NCBI RefSeq assembly: GCF_009914755.1
Contig: NC_060927.1
Length of the DNA stretch: 64,000 nucleotides
DNA from: the human T2T-CHM13v2.0 reference genome, Homo sapiens
Direction: 5' to 3' (one strand)
Shown: positions 17,105-34,953 of the stretch, one piece after another
How positions within the stretch are numbered: the stretch's first letter is position 1
Layout: each line of letters opens with the position of its first letter
Made by a program: the position numbers and the translations under genes
Notes under the pieces: generated by a model
Told to the model about the DNA's origin: nothing
The model's input: the letters and a program-made list of their open reading frames with translations, nothing else
The model's database searches: none

Positions 17105-18012
17105 GGGGGGAGGAGCCAAGATGGCCAAATAGGAACAGCTCCGGTCTACAGCTCCCAGCGTGAGCGACACAGAAGATGGGTGATTTCTGCATTTCCATCT
17201 GAGGTACTGGGTTCATCTCACTAGGGAGTGCCAGACAGTGGGCGCAGGTCAGTGGGTGCGTGCACCGTGTGCGAGCCGAAGCAGGGCGAGGCATTGCCTC
17301 ACTTGGGAAGCGCAAGGGGTCAGGGAGTTCCCTTTCTGAGTCAAAGAAAGGGGTGACGGACGGCACCTGGAAAATCGGGTCACTCCCACCCGAATACTGC
17401 ACTTTTCCAACGGGCTTAAAAAACAGCGCACCATGAGATTATATCCTGCACCTGGCTCCGAGGGTCCTACGACCACGGAGTCTCACTGATTGCTAGCACA
17501 GCAGTCTGAGATCAGACTGCAAGGCAGCAGTGAGGCTGGGGGAGGGGTGCCCGCCATTGCCCAGGCTTGATTAGGTAAACAAAGCAGCCAGGAAGCTCGA
17601 ACTGGGTGGAGACCACCACAGCTCAAGGAGGCCTGCCTGCCTCTGTAGGCTCCACCTCTGGGGGCAGGGCACAGACAAACAAAAAGACAGCAGTAACCTC
17701 TGCAGACTTAAATGTCCCTGTCTGACAGCTTTGAAGAGAGCAGTGGTTCTCCCAGCACGCAGCTGGAGATCTGAGAATGGGCAGACTGCCTCCTCAAGTG
17801 GGTCCCTGATCCCTGACCCCCGGGCAGCCTAACTGGGAGGCGCCCCCCAGCAGGGGCACACTGACACCTCACACGGCAGGGTATTCCAACAGACCTGCAG
17901 CTGAGGGTCCTGTCTGTTAGAAGGAAAACTAACAAACAGAAAGGACATCCACACCAAAAACCCATCTGTACATCACCATCATCAAAGACCAAAAGTAGAT
18001 AAAACCACAAAG
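17105..18012 (+). promoter_or_regulatory. L1 5'UTR internal sense promoter and antisense promoter region
   Basis: Intact YY1 motif AAGATGGCC at 17118-17126; many CpG-to-TG/CA decays. Promoter role follows from established L1 biology; activity here is unknown. Confidence 0.75.
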
Positions 18013-19029
18013 TTGGGGAAAAAACAGAACAGAAAAACTGGAAACTCTAAAAAGCAGAGCGCCTCTCCTCCTCCAAAGGAATGCAGTTCCTCACCAGCAA
18101 CGGAACAAAGCTGGATGGAGAATGACTTTGACGAGCTGAGAGAAGAAGGCTTCAGACGATCAAATTACTCTGAGCTACGGGAGGACATTCAAACCAAAGG
18201 CAAAGAAGTTGAAAACTTTGAAAAAAATTTAGAAGAATGTATAACTAGAATAACCAATACAGAGAAGTGCTTAAAGGAGCTGATGGAGCTGAAAACCAAG
18301 GCTCGAGAACTACGTGAAGAATGCAGAAGCCTCAGGAGCTGATGTGATCAACTGGAAGAAAGGGTAGCAGTGATGGAAGATGAAATGAATGAAATGAAGC
18401 GAGAAGGGAAGTTTAGAGAAAAAAGAATAAAAAGAAATGAGCAAAGCCTCAAAGAAATATGGGACTATGTGAAAAGACCAAATCTACGTCTGATTGGTGT
18501 ACCTGAAAGGGATGGGGAGAATGGAACCAAGTTGGAAAACACTCTGCAGGATATTATCCAGGAGAACTTCCCCAATCTAGCAAGGCAGGCCAACGTTCAG
18601 ATTCAGGAAATACAGAGAACACCACAAAGATACTCCTCTAGAAGAGCAACTCCAAGACACATAATTGTCAGATTCACCAAAGTTGAAATGAAGGAAAAAA
18701 TGTTAAGGGCAGCCAGAGAGAAAGGTCGGGTTACCCTCAAAGGGAAGCCCATCAGACTAACAGCGGATCTCTCGGCAGAAACCCTACAAGCCAGAAGAGA
18801 GTGGGGGCCAATATTCAACATTCTTAAAGAAAAGAATTTTCAACACAGAATTTCATATCCAGCCAAACTAAGCTTCGTAAGTGAAGGAGAAATAAAATAC
18901 TTTACAGACAAGCAAATGCTGAGAGATTTTGTCACCACCAGGCCTGCCTTACAAGAGCTCCTGAAGGAAGCACTAAACATGGAAAGGAACAACCGGTACC
19001 AGCCGCTGCAAAATCATGCCAAAATGTAA
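18013..19029 (+). pseudogene. L1 ORF1p, disrupted
   Basis: GKKQNRKTGNSK..RYQPLQNHAKM; start codon ATG>TTG at 18013 and in-frame TGA at 18340-18342. Confidence 0.95.
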
Positions 19030-19092
19030 AGACCATCGAGACTAGGAAGAAACTGCATCAACTAATGAGCAAAATAACCAGCTAACATCATA

Positions 19093-22922
<3,830 letters not shown>

Positions 22923-23201
22923 ACAATGAGATCACGTGGACACAGGAAAGGGAATATCACACTCTGGGGACTGTTGTGGGGTGGGGGGAGGGGGGAGGGA
23001 TAGCATCGGGAGATATACCTAATGCTAGATGACGAGTTAGTGGGTGCAGCGCACCAGCTTGGCACATGTATACATATGTAACTAACCTGCACAATGTGCA
23101 CATGTACCCTAAAACTTAAAGTATAATAAAAAAAACATAAAATTTAAGCTGAAATAAATTAAAATGTATTTTTTTGAAGTAAAAAAAAAAAAAAATTTCT
23201 C

Positions 23202-24383
23202 AAGACAAATGAAAACAGAAACACAACATACCAAAACCTGTGGTATAGAGCAAAAGTAGTTTTAAGAGGGAAGTTCATAGTAATAGATATCTACATCAAA
23301 AAAGTAGATAGATCTTAATTATACTACTTAATGTTGCATCTCCAGGAACTATAAAACATGAGCAACTAAGCCCAAAATTAGCAGAAGAAAAAATAATAAT
23401 GAAGAATGTAACAGAAATGAGATAGAGACTAAAAATAATTTAGAAGACCAATGAAATGAAGAGGTGGTTTTTTAAAAAGATAAACAAAATTGACCAACAT
23501 TTAGGTAAACTAAGGAAAAGAAGGTGAGACCCAAATAAATGAAATCAGGGTGAAAAAGGAAATATTTCAACTAATATCACACAAATATAAAGGATCTTTA
23601 GAGGTGATTATGAACAACTATATGCTAACAAATTTGAAAACCTACAAGAAATGGGTATATTCCTGAACACATACAACCTATCAAAGTTGAATCATAAAGA
23701 AACAGAAAACCTGAACAGACCAACAAAGAGTAATGAGATTGAATCAGTAATAAAAATTCCCCTCAAAAAAAAAAAAAAAAACCCAGGACTTGATTACATC
23801 AATACCGAATTACATCAAACATTTAAAAAACTAATACCAATTCTTCTCAAACCACTCTGAAAAAAGTGAAGAGGATGGAATTATCCCACACTTATTCTTT
23901 GAGGCTAGCACTATCCTGATACCAAAACCATACAAGAACACAACAAATAAAGAAAACTACAGACTAATATCCCTGATGAACATAGATGAAATATTCTCAG
24001 AAAAATACTAGCAAACTGAATTCAACAGCACATTAAAATGATAATCCACCATGACCAAATGAGATTAATCCCAGGCTTATAAGAATGGTTTAACATATGC
24101 AAATCAATAAACTTTATATCATATTAACAGAACAAGGATAAAAACCATATAATCAATTCAATAGACATAGGAAAAACATTTGATAATTTAACACCCCTTT
24201 ATGATTAAAATCCTCAACAAATTACGTGTACAAGAAATGCACCTCAACATAATAAAAGCCATATATGACAAATCCACAGCTAACATTATACTGAATGGGG
24301 AAAAGTTAAAAGCTTTTTCTCTAAGATCTGGAACTAGACAAGGATGCCCACTTTCACCACTTTCTTTTTCAGCAGTGTACTGG
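23202..24383 (+). mobile_element. Old L1M ORF2 (inverted 5' segment, right part)
   Basis: Resumes in register after the L1PA TSD; ORF 24201 region [26 protein letters not shown]. Confidence 0.92.
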
Positions 24384-25289
24384 TTGAATTATTTTTTGCA
24401 CAAATTACATTATCATTATGCAGCTATCACAAACAAAAAGATGGATCAACATTTTAGACTTAGAATGATGTTTTGAGAAATGAAGCGAATAAAGCAAGTT
24501 CACATGGAAAAGAAAGCATCAACAATATAAATAACCATATAGATAAGCATACATATATAGGCATAAAGAAATAATAGAATAATATTCAAATGGTCAGCAT
24601 TAGTTATCATAAAGTGTTAGGATTAAGAGGCATAAGGAATGATTATTAAATTTCCCATTATACATCTCTGTATTATTTGACTTATTACAAAAATCTAATA
24701 AGGAAGGAAATATGCATGTGAAAATAAAGTGTATTAATAACATGAAAATCATGATTATTATTTTCTACGTACCTTGAAATATGCTATTTTTACAATATGT
24801 ATTTTAAAAGTGGAAAACATAAATAAAACAATGATATCTTACATCTCTGTTTAAGTTGGTTAAAACTGAATCTGTAAGTGTCTCTGGTCATTTGTTTGTC
24901 AAAGTATTTTCATATTGCTCCATACATCTTTTCAGCTGATCAAAAATCTGAGTCCTCTGAAATCGTTTCCTGACCCTTTAAGCCTCCTGCTTGAGTTCCT
25001 GCCTCCTGAGCACATATCTTCCCCTGAAGTCTCTCTTTATTAGGCATTTACTCTCTCACATGGCACATACCTAAGGGGGCAGGGATGGGGTGCAAGTTTT
25101 TATTTTCATTTTTCTTATTGTAGATTTCTACAATTCTGCTCTCCCTCATTCACATAAAACTAGCAACAGGGAAAAGGGAAGGGGAGATTCTTGACCCATC
25201 TCTTTCAAAAATATTTTTTTGCTCTATCTCAGCTATCTACTGTTAATACTAGACTCTTTACCACCTCTGAAATCACAAATCACATAAAA

Positions 25290-26290
25290 TCTGTATTCTG
25301 ATTACCATTTCTTATCCTTCAAGCTCACTTACTCCATTATCACCATTACCATGGTTCATCTTCCAATTCAATAACTCTAGCACGTTTTATTGGCCATCAT
25401 TCTTTTCATTTTTTAACTTTCCTTATTTAGCTTGGATAACAAAGTTCATCATTATAAAATTGGCCTTGAAAATAACTTCAATTTCCTTGCCACTTTCTTC
25501 TACTTCACTGATCTGAGTAAAATGCCAACTCTGGATGACCCTTCAATTATCTTTCTTCTTTCTACCTTCCTTAAGCCAATGAACACTGCAGGAGAAAATT
25601 TACTCTTCAACCTACACCAATCTTGCTTTTCTTTCACCAGTTTCACCAGCAGTTACAAGAAAATGCTTTTGCTGAAATCAGAAATAACTTTTATGTTGCT
25701 AAACTCAACATACACTCTTCTTCAGTCCTCATCAGATATTTTAGTAAAATTCAATACTACCAATTATTACCTCCATCTTGAAAATCTCTTTTTCCTTGGC
25801 TCCTTTTTTTCCTTCTTTTTCTCACTTCACTGGCTTTACCCTATCAGTTGCCTTTTCCAGAAACTTCTTTGCAGCCTCTTACTGCTTCAGTCTCTTGGAA
25901 TTCAGGCCTTGGCTCTCTTCTTGCTCTGGATTGTGTTCTGAGGTGATATCATCCTTTTAGACGTCATTGAGACACCCCAAAACCATGAATCTAGTCCTAA
26001 TCATTTTTCTCTCAAAACTTAAGTACTCAGTTACCTAGTTCTGTATCATTTGTCTATTTTTTGACATATCCAAACCTGAAATAGTCATCTTTTTCTCATC
26101 CCTAACTTGCTTTTACTGCAGTCTCCTTCTACCAGTAATTTGCTCTTGCATCTACTCAGTTGTTTATGCCAAAATGTGGAATCACCATTTATATGACTCA
26201 CTCTCATTCCTCATATCTAATTCAGTATTATCTATAAAATATGTATCCAATTTGTTGCAATAATTGGTTTATATTCTTCACTCACTATCT
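25290..26290 (+). mobile_element. L2 relic
   Basis: Pyrimidine-rich L2-like motifs (TGCTAAACTCAA, CTTGAAAATCTCTTTTTCCTTGGC, ACATATCCAAACCTGAA). Confidence 0.55.
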
Positions 26291-26489
26291 GTTTTAAAAC
26301 TATACATACACATCCCTTGTGCATGATTTTGTCGTATTACACTAGAGTAGCCAAACTGTACTTCCCCACCCAGTGTTATGCTTGCTCATGTGATTTCCTT
26401 TAACTAATGGAATGTAGGTAGATACAACATATGCCCCATCTAACACAAGACTTAATATAAAGCAAGTAAAAGCAAGGATTGACTGGTTG

Positions 26490-26797
26490 AATTGATTTGG
26501 TTGTGGAAAGCAACCAATCAGACTGATTGCAGGCCATTACTTCATTTGCATTGGGTGTACAACAAGTGGCCAATGGAAAACCTCTAGAGGGTATTTGGAT
26601 CCCAGAAGATCTGTAACCAGGGCCCTTGAGTGGCTGCTCCTGCCAGCTCCCACCCTTCAGAGTGTACTTTCATTTTCAATAAATCTCTGCTTTGATTGTT
26701 TCGTTCTTTCCTTGCTTTGCTGTATATTTTATCCAATTCTTTGTTCAAAACATCAAGAACCTGGACAACTTGCAGTCAAGACCCTCCACCAGCAACA
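26490..26797 (+). mobile_element. MER51-like ERV1 LTR, 3' half
   Basis: ACCAATCAGACTGATTGC..GGCCAATGGAAAACCTCTAG..CAATAAATCTCTGC..CCCTCCACCAGCAACA. Confidence 0.8.
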
Positions 26798-28227
26798 ACA
26801 TACTCTTTCTTTTTTTCCTTCTAAAATATTGAAAGCTTCATAAAGGTAAAGGTAGAGTCTTTATTTTGTTTATCCATAGATGTATGCTGCAAATAAATTC
26901 AGTGTTTAGGTCCAAGTTCCTGAGAGTATATTGATTTTGTTGAGCTCTTGATAGTATTTGTTCTTGTTGAATTCCTATAATTATATCCAATACTGATTAA
27001 GGATGAATGGCATTAATTTAAATAACAGCCAAAAGAACTTGAATGATTTTTTTTTTATTTCTCCAGTGGTTAGATGAAGAAATGAAAATGATTGATAAGG
27101 TATTTAAGGAGAGAAAAACAAGAGAAATTTAACGTGTTAAAATATTAAAACCTAAGTAAAAGATATATGTATATTATTTTAGTATGAATAACTAAAATTG
27201 TAAAATGTATCTAGTGATTTTAACACATATCTTGAAAATATAAAAGTAGTCATTTGTACATTCAAGGAAAGGAACAAGCATTGAGTATAAAAATCTTAAT
27301 TATATGATTTTATGATTTCCTGTCACTAAAGTGATGATCTTCCCCACATACTTTCTGGGAAAGCTAGCAATGGAAATGCACCAGTCATGGTTTATTTGGA
27401 ACTTCATCTGGAAGTCTTTTACAACTGAAGAAAATCAGCAGGGAAAATACTCAGACTTGATTAAGTGCCTGATGGTTGTTACAGCTGGTGAACCTATTAT
27501 TGACCTGACTCGTGTGCATACTGTTGGTTCAAATCTAACCCGTCCCATATGGAAACTCCTATTCTTTCATTATTATTTGCTCATAGGCACACTGGGGTGT
27601 TATTCAACCTAATTCTGGACTGCAGTTAACTATACTACAATCTTTTCTCTCAAGAAAATGACTTATTGTAGAATTCCTGATCATAAGAATGAGTGACCCA
27701 AGGTTCATATTTTCAAATTAACTGCAAACTATGGTAAAAATTCCTGAATTAGAAACCAAAATGAATTGTATTTTCCTATTTCCTATCTCCTCTGCCACTT
27801 CCACATTGGGAAGAAACTTCCTTTACTTTTCTAAGACTCCATTTTTTTTTTTTACTAAAAAGAAAGAAAGTCTACTTTATTATTTTTTATTTATTCAAAA
27901 AAGCAAATAAATATATAACATAATGAGAGGATATATGTGAAAGTACCTTGCAAAATTTAAAGACTGACTACTATTCGTACAGCACATTATTATACGTTTC
28001 CTTACTCTGTCTTGGCCAGGTTGCTGCCCAAATATGTTAACAGAACGTAGACTATTAAAGATATATACTTCGAGAATCAATATTTCTTAATCTTCATGAT
28101 TTTAACATGATGGACTAAAATTTGAGCCACTTTAATAAGAAATTTCTGAGTTGATTACAACTGTTTTGTGTGCATTTTATTTTTTGAAATGATATTTATG
28201 TTTCAAAACTAAAAACGACACAAAAAT

Positions 28228-28529
28228 GGCTGGGCACAGTGGCCCACGCCTGCAATCCCAGCGCTTTGGGAGGCTGAGGCGGGTGGATCACGAGGTCAGG
28301 AGATTGAGACCATCCTGGCTAACATGGTGAAACCCCGTCTCTACTAAAAATACAAAAAAAAATAGCTGGGCATGTGGCGCATTCCTGTAGTCCCAGCTAC
28401 TCAGGAGGCTGAGGCAGGAGAATAGCTTGAACCTCACTTGTGGAGGTTGCAGTGAGCCGATATCGCACCACTGCACTCCAGCCTGGTGACAGAGCGAGAC
28501 TCGATCTCAAAAAAAAAAAACAAAACAAA
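28228..28529 (+). mobile_element. Alu (AluSc-like)
   Basis: Full Alu; TSD AAAAAC(G/T)ACACAAAAAT. Confidence 0.97.
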
Positions 28530-28607
28530 AAAACTACACAAAAATGTATACTTCTAAGAAATCTTGTTCTCACATCAGGGAGCATTTATTGTTTCCCCAT
28601 CACCATT

Positions 28608-28642
28608 ATATTGTATTTCTCTAGTAAAACAGAATAGCATAG

Positions 28643-28693
<51 letters not shown>

Positions 28694-29108
28694 AGATTTG
28701 TTATGAGAATTGGCTTGTGTGATTATGGAAGTTGAGAAGTCCAACAATTTGTGTTCCGCAATCTGAAGAACCAAGAAAGCAAGTGGTATAATTCCATCAG
28801 AGTCTGACTGCCTGAGAACCAAAATAACCAATGTGTCTAAGGGCAAAAGAACATGGATGTTTTGATTCAAGCAGGAAGAGTAAATTTGTCCTTCTTCTAC
28901 CTTTTTATTCTACATGGGCTCTCAACAGATTATGGGTGATGCTCATTCACAATGATGAAGGCCATCTTTACTCAGTCTACTGATTCAAATGCTAAACTTT
29001 ATTGGAAACATTTCACAGACAAACCCCAAAATGAGGTTTTATCAGTTACATGGGCATCCGTAAGGGATACCCAAATAACTAGTAAAACACACAAAATTAA
29101 GCGTCACA
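28608..29108 (-). mobile_element. MLT2B/C/D-like ERVL solo LTR
   Basis: GAATTGGCTTGTGTGATTATGGAAGTTGAGAAGTCC..ACTGATTCAAATGCTAA..AAAATTAAGCGTCACA. Confidence 0.8.
28644..28690. repeat. (TG)n microsatellite, about 23 units
   Basis: Perfect dinucleotide run. Confidence 0.98.
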
Positions 29109-29229
29109 ACTACCATCCCCCAAGGTAAACTATTTTATTAGTTTCTATTATAAAATCCCAGGCTTTCTTTGTATAAACACAAACAAATATAAATATGTAT
29201 TCTTATTTGCTCTCTACATTGAGATTGAG

Positions 29230-30280
29230 ATCACTATCCATTATTTTATTTAGTTTGTATTTGCCTGACATACCTGGGCCATCATCTTCTATTTATGTTT
29301 AACCATTCTGAAACTATTTGCTTTAGGGATATCACTTCTAAAGCAGAAAGTTGATTTTGCTTTTTAACCCACATTAACAATCTTTTAATAGTTAAGTCCA
29401 CTTGTATTTATTGAAAAAGATATATGGCAGTCTTTCAGATTTTGTTATATAACAGAGAGCATGCAAAATATAACATTTATGCATATCTATATATTTATGT
29501 GAATATGTATATGTGAAGTTACATATATAACTTATACATGTTTGTATGCATATATGTATATATATGTGTGTGTGTGCATGTGTGTGCGTATCTGTATGGC
29601 CTGTTTGTCTCCTTTTGCAGTTCCACTGAAATTTTGAAAGTTTTGCATTTTTTTAGTGGTTAACTTTATACTTATACTTGGATACAACACCCTTAGACTT
29701 TCTTGCTTTAGATGACATCTCTTTGCTATTTCTTATGGAGAACAATACAGTTAGCTCCAATCCTCTTTCCTTCCATTCTCTCATCTCCTTTGTCATATAA
29801 TTGTCTTTCTTACTGGATGATTACCTTTGTTCTCTTAAATGTGCTAAAACTTACACCACTTTGTTTAAGTGACATTCTTTAACCCAATCCTTACTGGTAG
29901 GTAATCAGTGAGTTTATTCTACTTTGAATGTTTGTTCTCCCTTTTCCTCAATTACTATTAGTATTTATATCATTTCTACATCTCAGAGCACTTAAAACTT
30001 ACATTCCATTTTTTAATCTTTTAGCTTCACTTTTTTTTGCTTAGATTTGCAATTAAATGTATTCAATGCTTACTACTAGTTTTGTGTGTGTGTGTGTGTG
30101 TGTTTTTGTTTGTTTTGTTTTTGCTAAAATATCCTTGATTCACTAGGGCACTCTAGAACTTTTCTCACAGAGAGCTTATGAAAACAATATTCCCAGAATT
30201 TTGCATTGAAATTCTATATTTGTAGACTTTACATTTGAAGAACAACTTGCTTGGACATAAAATCCCTGGCCCACATATCC
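29230..30280 (-). mobile_element. Ancient L1M relic
   Basis: T-rich degenerate antisense L1 motifs (GTTGATTTTGCTTTTTAACCC; TTGCTTGGACATAAAATCCCTGG). Confidence 0.45.
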
Positions 30281-30507
30281 TGTGAACACCACTGTAGTGT
30301 ATATATTTATAAATATATTATAATTATAAATTATTATGTATTATAAATATTATAATATAATTATAAAGGAATTACTGAATCAAATATTAAAAACAAATTT
30401 GATAAACATTTTTTAGTGCCTATTATATGTCACGTACTGAGTTAGGTGCTGAGATTATTTAAGATAAAAAAACAAAACAAAAAAACACAAACAAACCTGG
30501 AGGAGAC

Positions 30508-30997
30508 TGTTGCAGGCCAAAAGAGTGAGGGTCGTGATCAACTCAGTATATCACTGGAGGCTATATGAGTAAACAGCAAACTGTTCTCATAAAAGCAGAA
30601 TGTTGACAAACTGCGTCTGCTGCCCAGAAGGGATGCTGAGGGCAGTCACAAACCAGGCACAAGTGTTTCTTGTGATTAGGCACAGCTGAAGCCTGTTAGC
30701 AATAATATGAACCTGTGGTCAATTAAGCAGCTGACCAATCGTTACTTCCTGTTCCCTGCTCTTTCTACCCAATAAATAGGAAGGGATGTAGAAGCTCAGG
30801 GCTGCTGCCTTTGCTCACTAGAATCAGGGAGCCCTCTTCTCCTTCCCTGGACCCTTTATTTAAAAGTTTCTATTGTCTTAAGGTTTTATTTCTGCGTTCG
30901 TCTCTCTTCCTTCAGTCTCGTAACGGCGGTCTCAAGTAGTAACAGTAGTAACTGTGGTAGTGACAGTCTCAAGTGGTAACCGTGGCAGTCTGCCACA
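30508..30997 (+). mobile_element. ERVK-class solo LTR, LTR3 (HML-6)-like
   Basis: 490 bp TGT...ACA with a perfect 6-bp TSD GGAGAC (30502-07/30998-31003); start TGTTGCAGGCCAAAAGAGTGAGGGTCGTGATCAACTCAG resembles the recalled LTR3 consensus. Confidence 0.8.
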
Positions 30998-31132
30998 GGA
31001 GACATGTCAACATATAATTACAATAATATCCAACTACTAATAAAGGAAAACACAAAACATTCAGAGAGTACAAATAGAGGAACAAATAGTACAGATAAAG
31101 TCAATATTTATTCTATTTAAGAGTAAAAGCTG

Positions 31133-31438
<306 letters not shown>

Positions 31439-31850
31439 GGTAAAGGCAAATACATGCATCTTAACTATCAAACTAATTGCAATTTGCAATATTCTGATTT
31501 TAAATAGCTATTTAATATATACGTATCCATTAAGCTGAAAGAGCTAGAGTACAAAGAATATTGCAGGACAGAACTTTATTTTTTCCCACTTCTACTTAGT
31601 GCCCTTTCAAACTAACTTTGTGGAGCCTGTTCTTCCTTTCCTCTTGGATGATCTCTCTGACAGATCCCATGATTGTTCCAATTACTCTCATTAGTTCATT
31701 CATTTTAATATCTCTTGAGCACCTTTTATCTGCCAGGTGTAGGTGACACATCAGGAAACAAAGCATGAAGTACAAACAAATAATAACAAAAATGCTTTAT
31801 AATAGGTAAGGTGGTAACAGGTGCTCTACAGTAGTGAAGATAAAAAATGA

Positions 31851-32160
<310 letters not shown>

Positions 32161-33335
32161 GTATATAGATCTATTTTAAATGGACTGGTCTAGGAAGATG
32201 TCTTTGAAAAGTGATGTCTGGGACTTGAAGGAGTGAGTTAGTGAGGAACCCTGAGAATATGTGAGTGGGTGAAAAACTTTCAGGACAGAGGGATCTGCAA
32301 GTGCAAGTCTCCTGGAACAGGTGTGGTGTGTTACAGAGGAGGTCAGGGAAGCTGGAGCTGCTTGAGTGGAGAAAAATGATGTCAAAACAGCATCAGGATC
32401 ATGGAGGGCTTTAAAGGTTATGTTAAAAATTTTGGACATTACTGTGAAAGAAGAGGGAAGCATTTGTAGGATTTTGAGTAAAGGGCTGACATGATATGAT
32501 GTATTTTAAAAGGATCATCCTGGCTACTGTGTTGAAAAGTAGACAGTAGGAGATAAGAATTTAAATAAGGAGAGGACAATTAGGAGTCTTTTAAATTAAT
32601 GCAGGGGAGAAATAATTGTGACTTAGATGAGCACATCAATGGGGTCTATGCTGAGATATAGATTCTTGATATTACTTGCAGGTAAAGCCTGCATGATTTC
32701 CTAATAAACTTGATGTGAGATGTCAGAGAAAAACATCAAGAATGACCTTTAGGCTATCCTGACCTGAACTCCTGAAGAATTGCTGTTACTATAGTCTGAG
32801 ATGGAAGAAGACCAAGAAAGAAACAGGTTTAGTGAGTAGATCACAATCAAGAGTTCAGTTCTGGTCATGTAAAGTTTAAGAAGCAATGATCATCCAAGTG
32901 AATAAGCTGAATACAGAGTATAAACATCCAGGTGGAGTCCAGAGGAGTGGTCTAGGAGAGTCTAGGTGTCAATAGTAGTTATAAATTAAATTTAAAGTAT
33001 TGGGACTGGATAAACTCTTAAGAAGTGAGTACAGTTAGAGAAGACAAGTGTAAGACTCAAACCCTGAAGCACTTCAGAACTTAGAGATAAGGAATTTGGG
33101 AAAACTACAGAGATTAGGAAGAAATAGCTAATGCTGTAGGAAGAAAACCAAAAGAGATTGTGTTCTGAGAGTCCAGTGAAGAAAGAATTCAAGGAGGAAT
33201 GTGGTGTATCATATGCTGGCTTTGGATAAAATAAGATACCAAGATGAGACCACCAGATCTGTGAATGTTTGGAAGTCATTTGTGACCTTGGTAAGAGCAA
33301 TTTTGTAGCATGATGTGGGTAAAAGCTTGGCTGCT

Positions 33336-33630
<295 letters not shown>

Positions 33631-34499
33631 TAAAAGCTTGGCTGATCTAGAACTCTAAAAAGAGAGTAAGTGAACAGATACTGAAAATTCTTGGTTATGC
33701 TGTAAAAGGAAGTGAAGTGCTCCAATCACTTTAGTTGTAAAAAACAAAAAGTGCCATTTCAATCATTAAAATGTCATTCTATGTATGATGAAAAACTTCC
33801 AGTTCTGACCTACTTTAGCCTTGAAAATGCTTCTGTGGCACAAGAGGGATGTGGGTGGCTTCTCCGTTTCCTTGACTCTCTCTTCTACGATGCCACTCCA
33901 CTAATTAAGCTGCTGCTGGGTGCTTGGGGCCGGGGGTGAGAAAAGAAGAGAGGAGAAGGAAGGAGTTGTAAAGGTCAGGAGAGGTGACACTTGACCATCA
34001 TTAATGTACTCTGACTCTTGTCTTTCAGCTTGGCAGGTATTTATGGCTAGCTTTAGAAAATATTCAAAATTGATTATTTTTTAAACTGCCTTGAAATGAG
34101 GTCCATTTTTCTTTATTCAGGCAATGTGCCCTCCAACTAGTCTTGTAAATATTCTCTCACCACTCTGTTTTTGAGCAGTCTACTCCAGACAAACTGTTGA
34201 GCCCACCTTCCCACTAAGTCACTGTCTTTGGGCTAGGTTCCTCTAAGACCACATGATGGGCATGTTCATGTGGCCATTGCCATTAAAAATCTTTGGGAAA
34301 GCAGACTTTTATTAATGCAAGCACTTCTTCTCTTCAATACATCAACAGAGCAGCCAGGCAGCCAGGCAGACTTATGTATCTAGACTTTTCCAGGCTTGGG
34401 TCTGGGTGCCAAAGCTGTCTCTGCTACCCCGGCCATTTTCTTTGCTATATTCATTTGCCAAGGAGTAAATTATAAAGTTCTACATTTTAGGATAAACTG

Positions 34500-34725
34500 A
34501 ATACTGATAACTTTTTTAATGCATACTATATCAAGCACTGTTGTAGAATTTTTACTCATATTAAATACTATATTTCTCATGACATCTCTATGAGGGAGGA
34601 ATTCATTTTATACACAGAGAAAGAGAGGAACAAAAAAGTTATGTTTCCAAAGTCACAGAACTACCAAGTGACAAGCCCAGGATTTAAATTTATTCTGCTA
34701 ATGGAGTCTATACTCTTAGCCAAAA
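34500..34725 (-). mobile_element. MIR SINE
   Basis: MIR core-like ATTCATTTTATACACAGAGAAAGAG..CCAAAGTCACAGAACTACCAAGTGACAAGCCCAGGATTTAAA. Confidence 0.65.
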
Positions 34726-34873
34726 TTTTTCTCTGTAAGAAAGAAACTGAGACTAAAATCCACACAATTCCTAACTGACATTAAGGATAGGAAAACTAAT
34801 GTTCTGAATTTAGATTCTGTATTTGTTACGTTATGCGATGGCATTAATTTAAAGAAGACTTTGGTCTTTAGTA

Positions 34874-34953
34874 TTACAGTGGTGCAAAAGTAATCATGGT
34901 TTTCACCATGATTTTTAATGGCAAAAATTGCAATTACTTTTGCACTAACCGAA
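34874..34953. mobile_element. MADE1 (Hsmar1 mariner MITE)
   Basis: 80 bp with terminal inverted repeats GTGCAAAAGTAAT/ATTACTTTTGCAC, flanked by TA. Confidence 0.92.

Noticed and set aside
25432-25941. 169-aa hydrophobic ORF
   Set aside because: TTG start, lies in a pyrimidine-rich L2 relic, no recognisable domain.
27331-27612. 93-aa ORF in unique sequence
   Set aside because: No recognisable homology or exon structure on the + strand; length compatible with chance.
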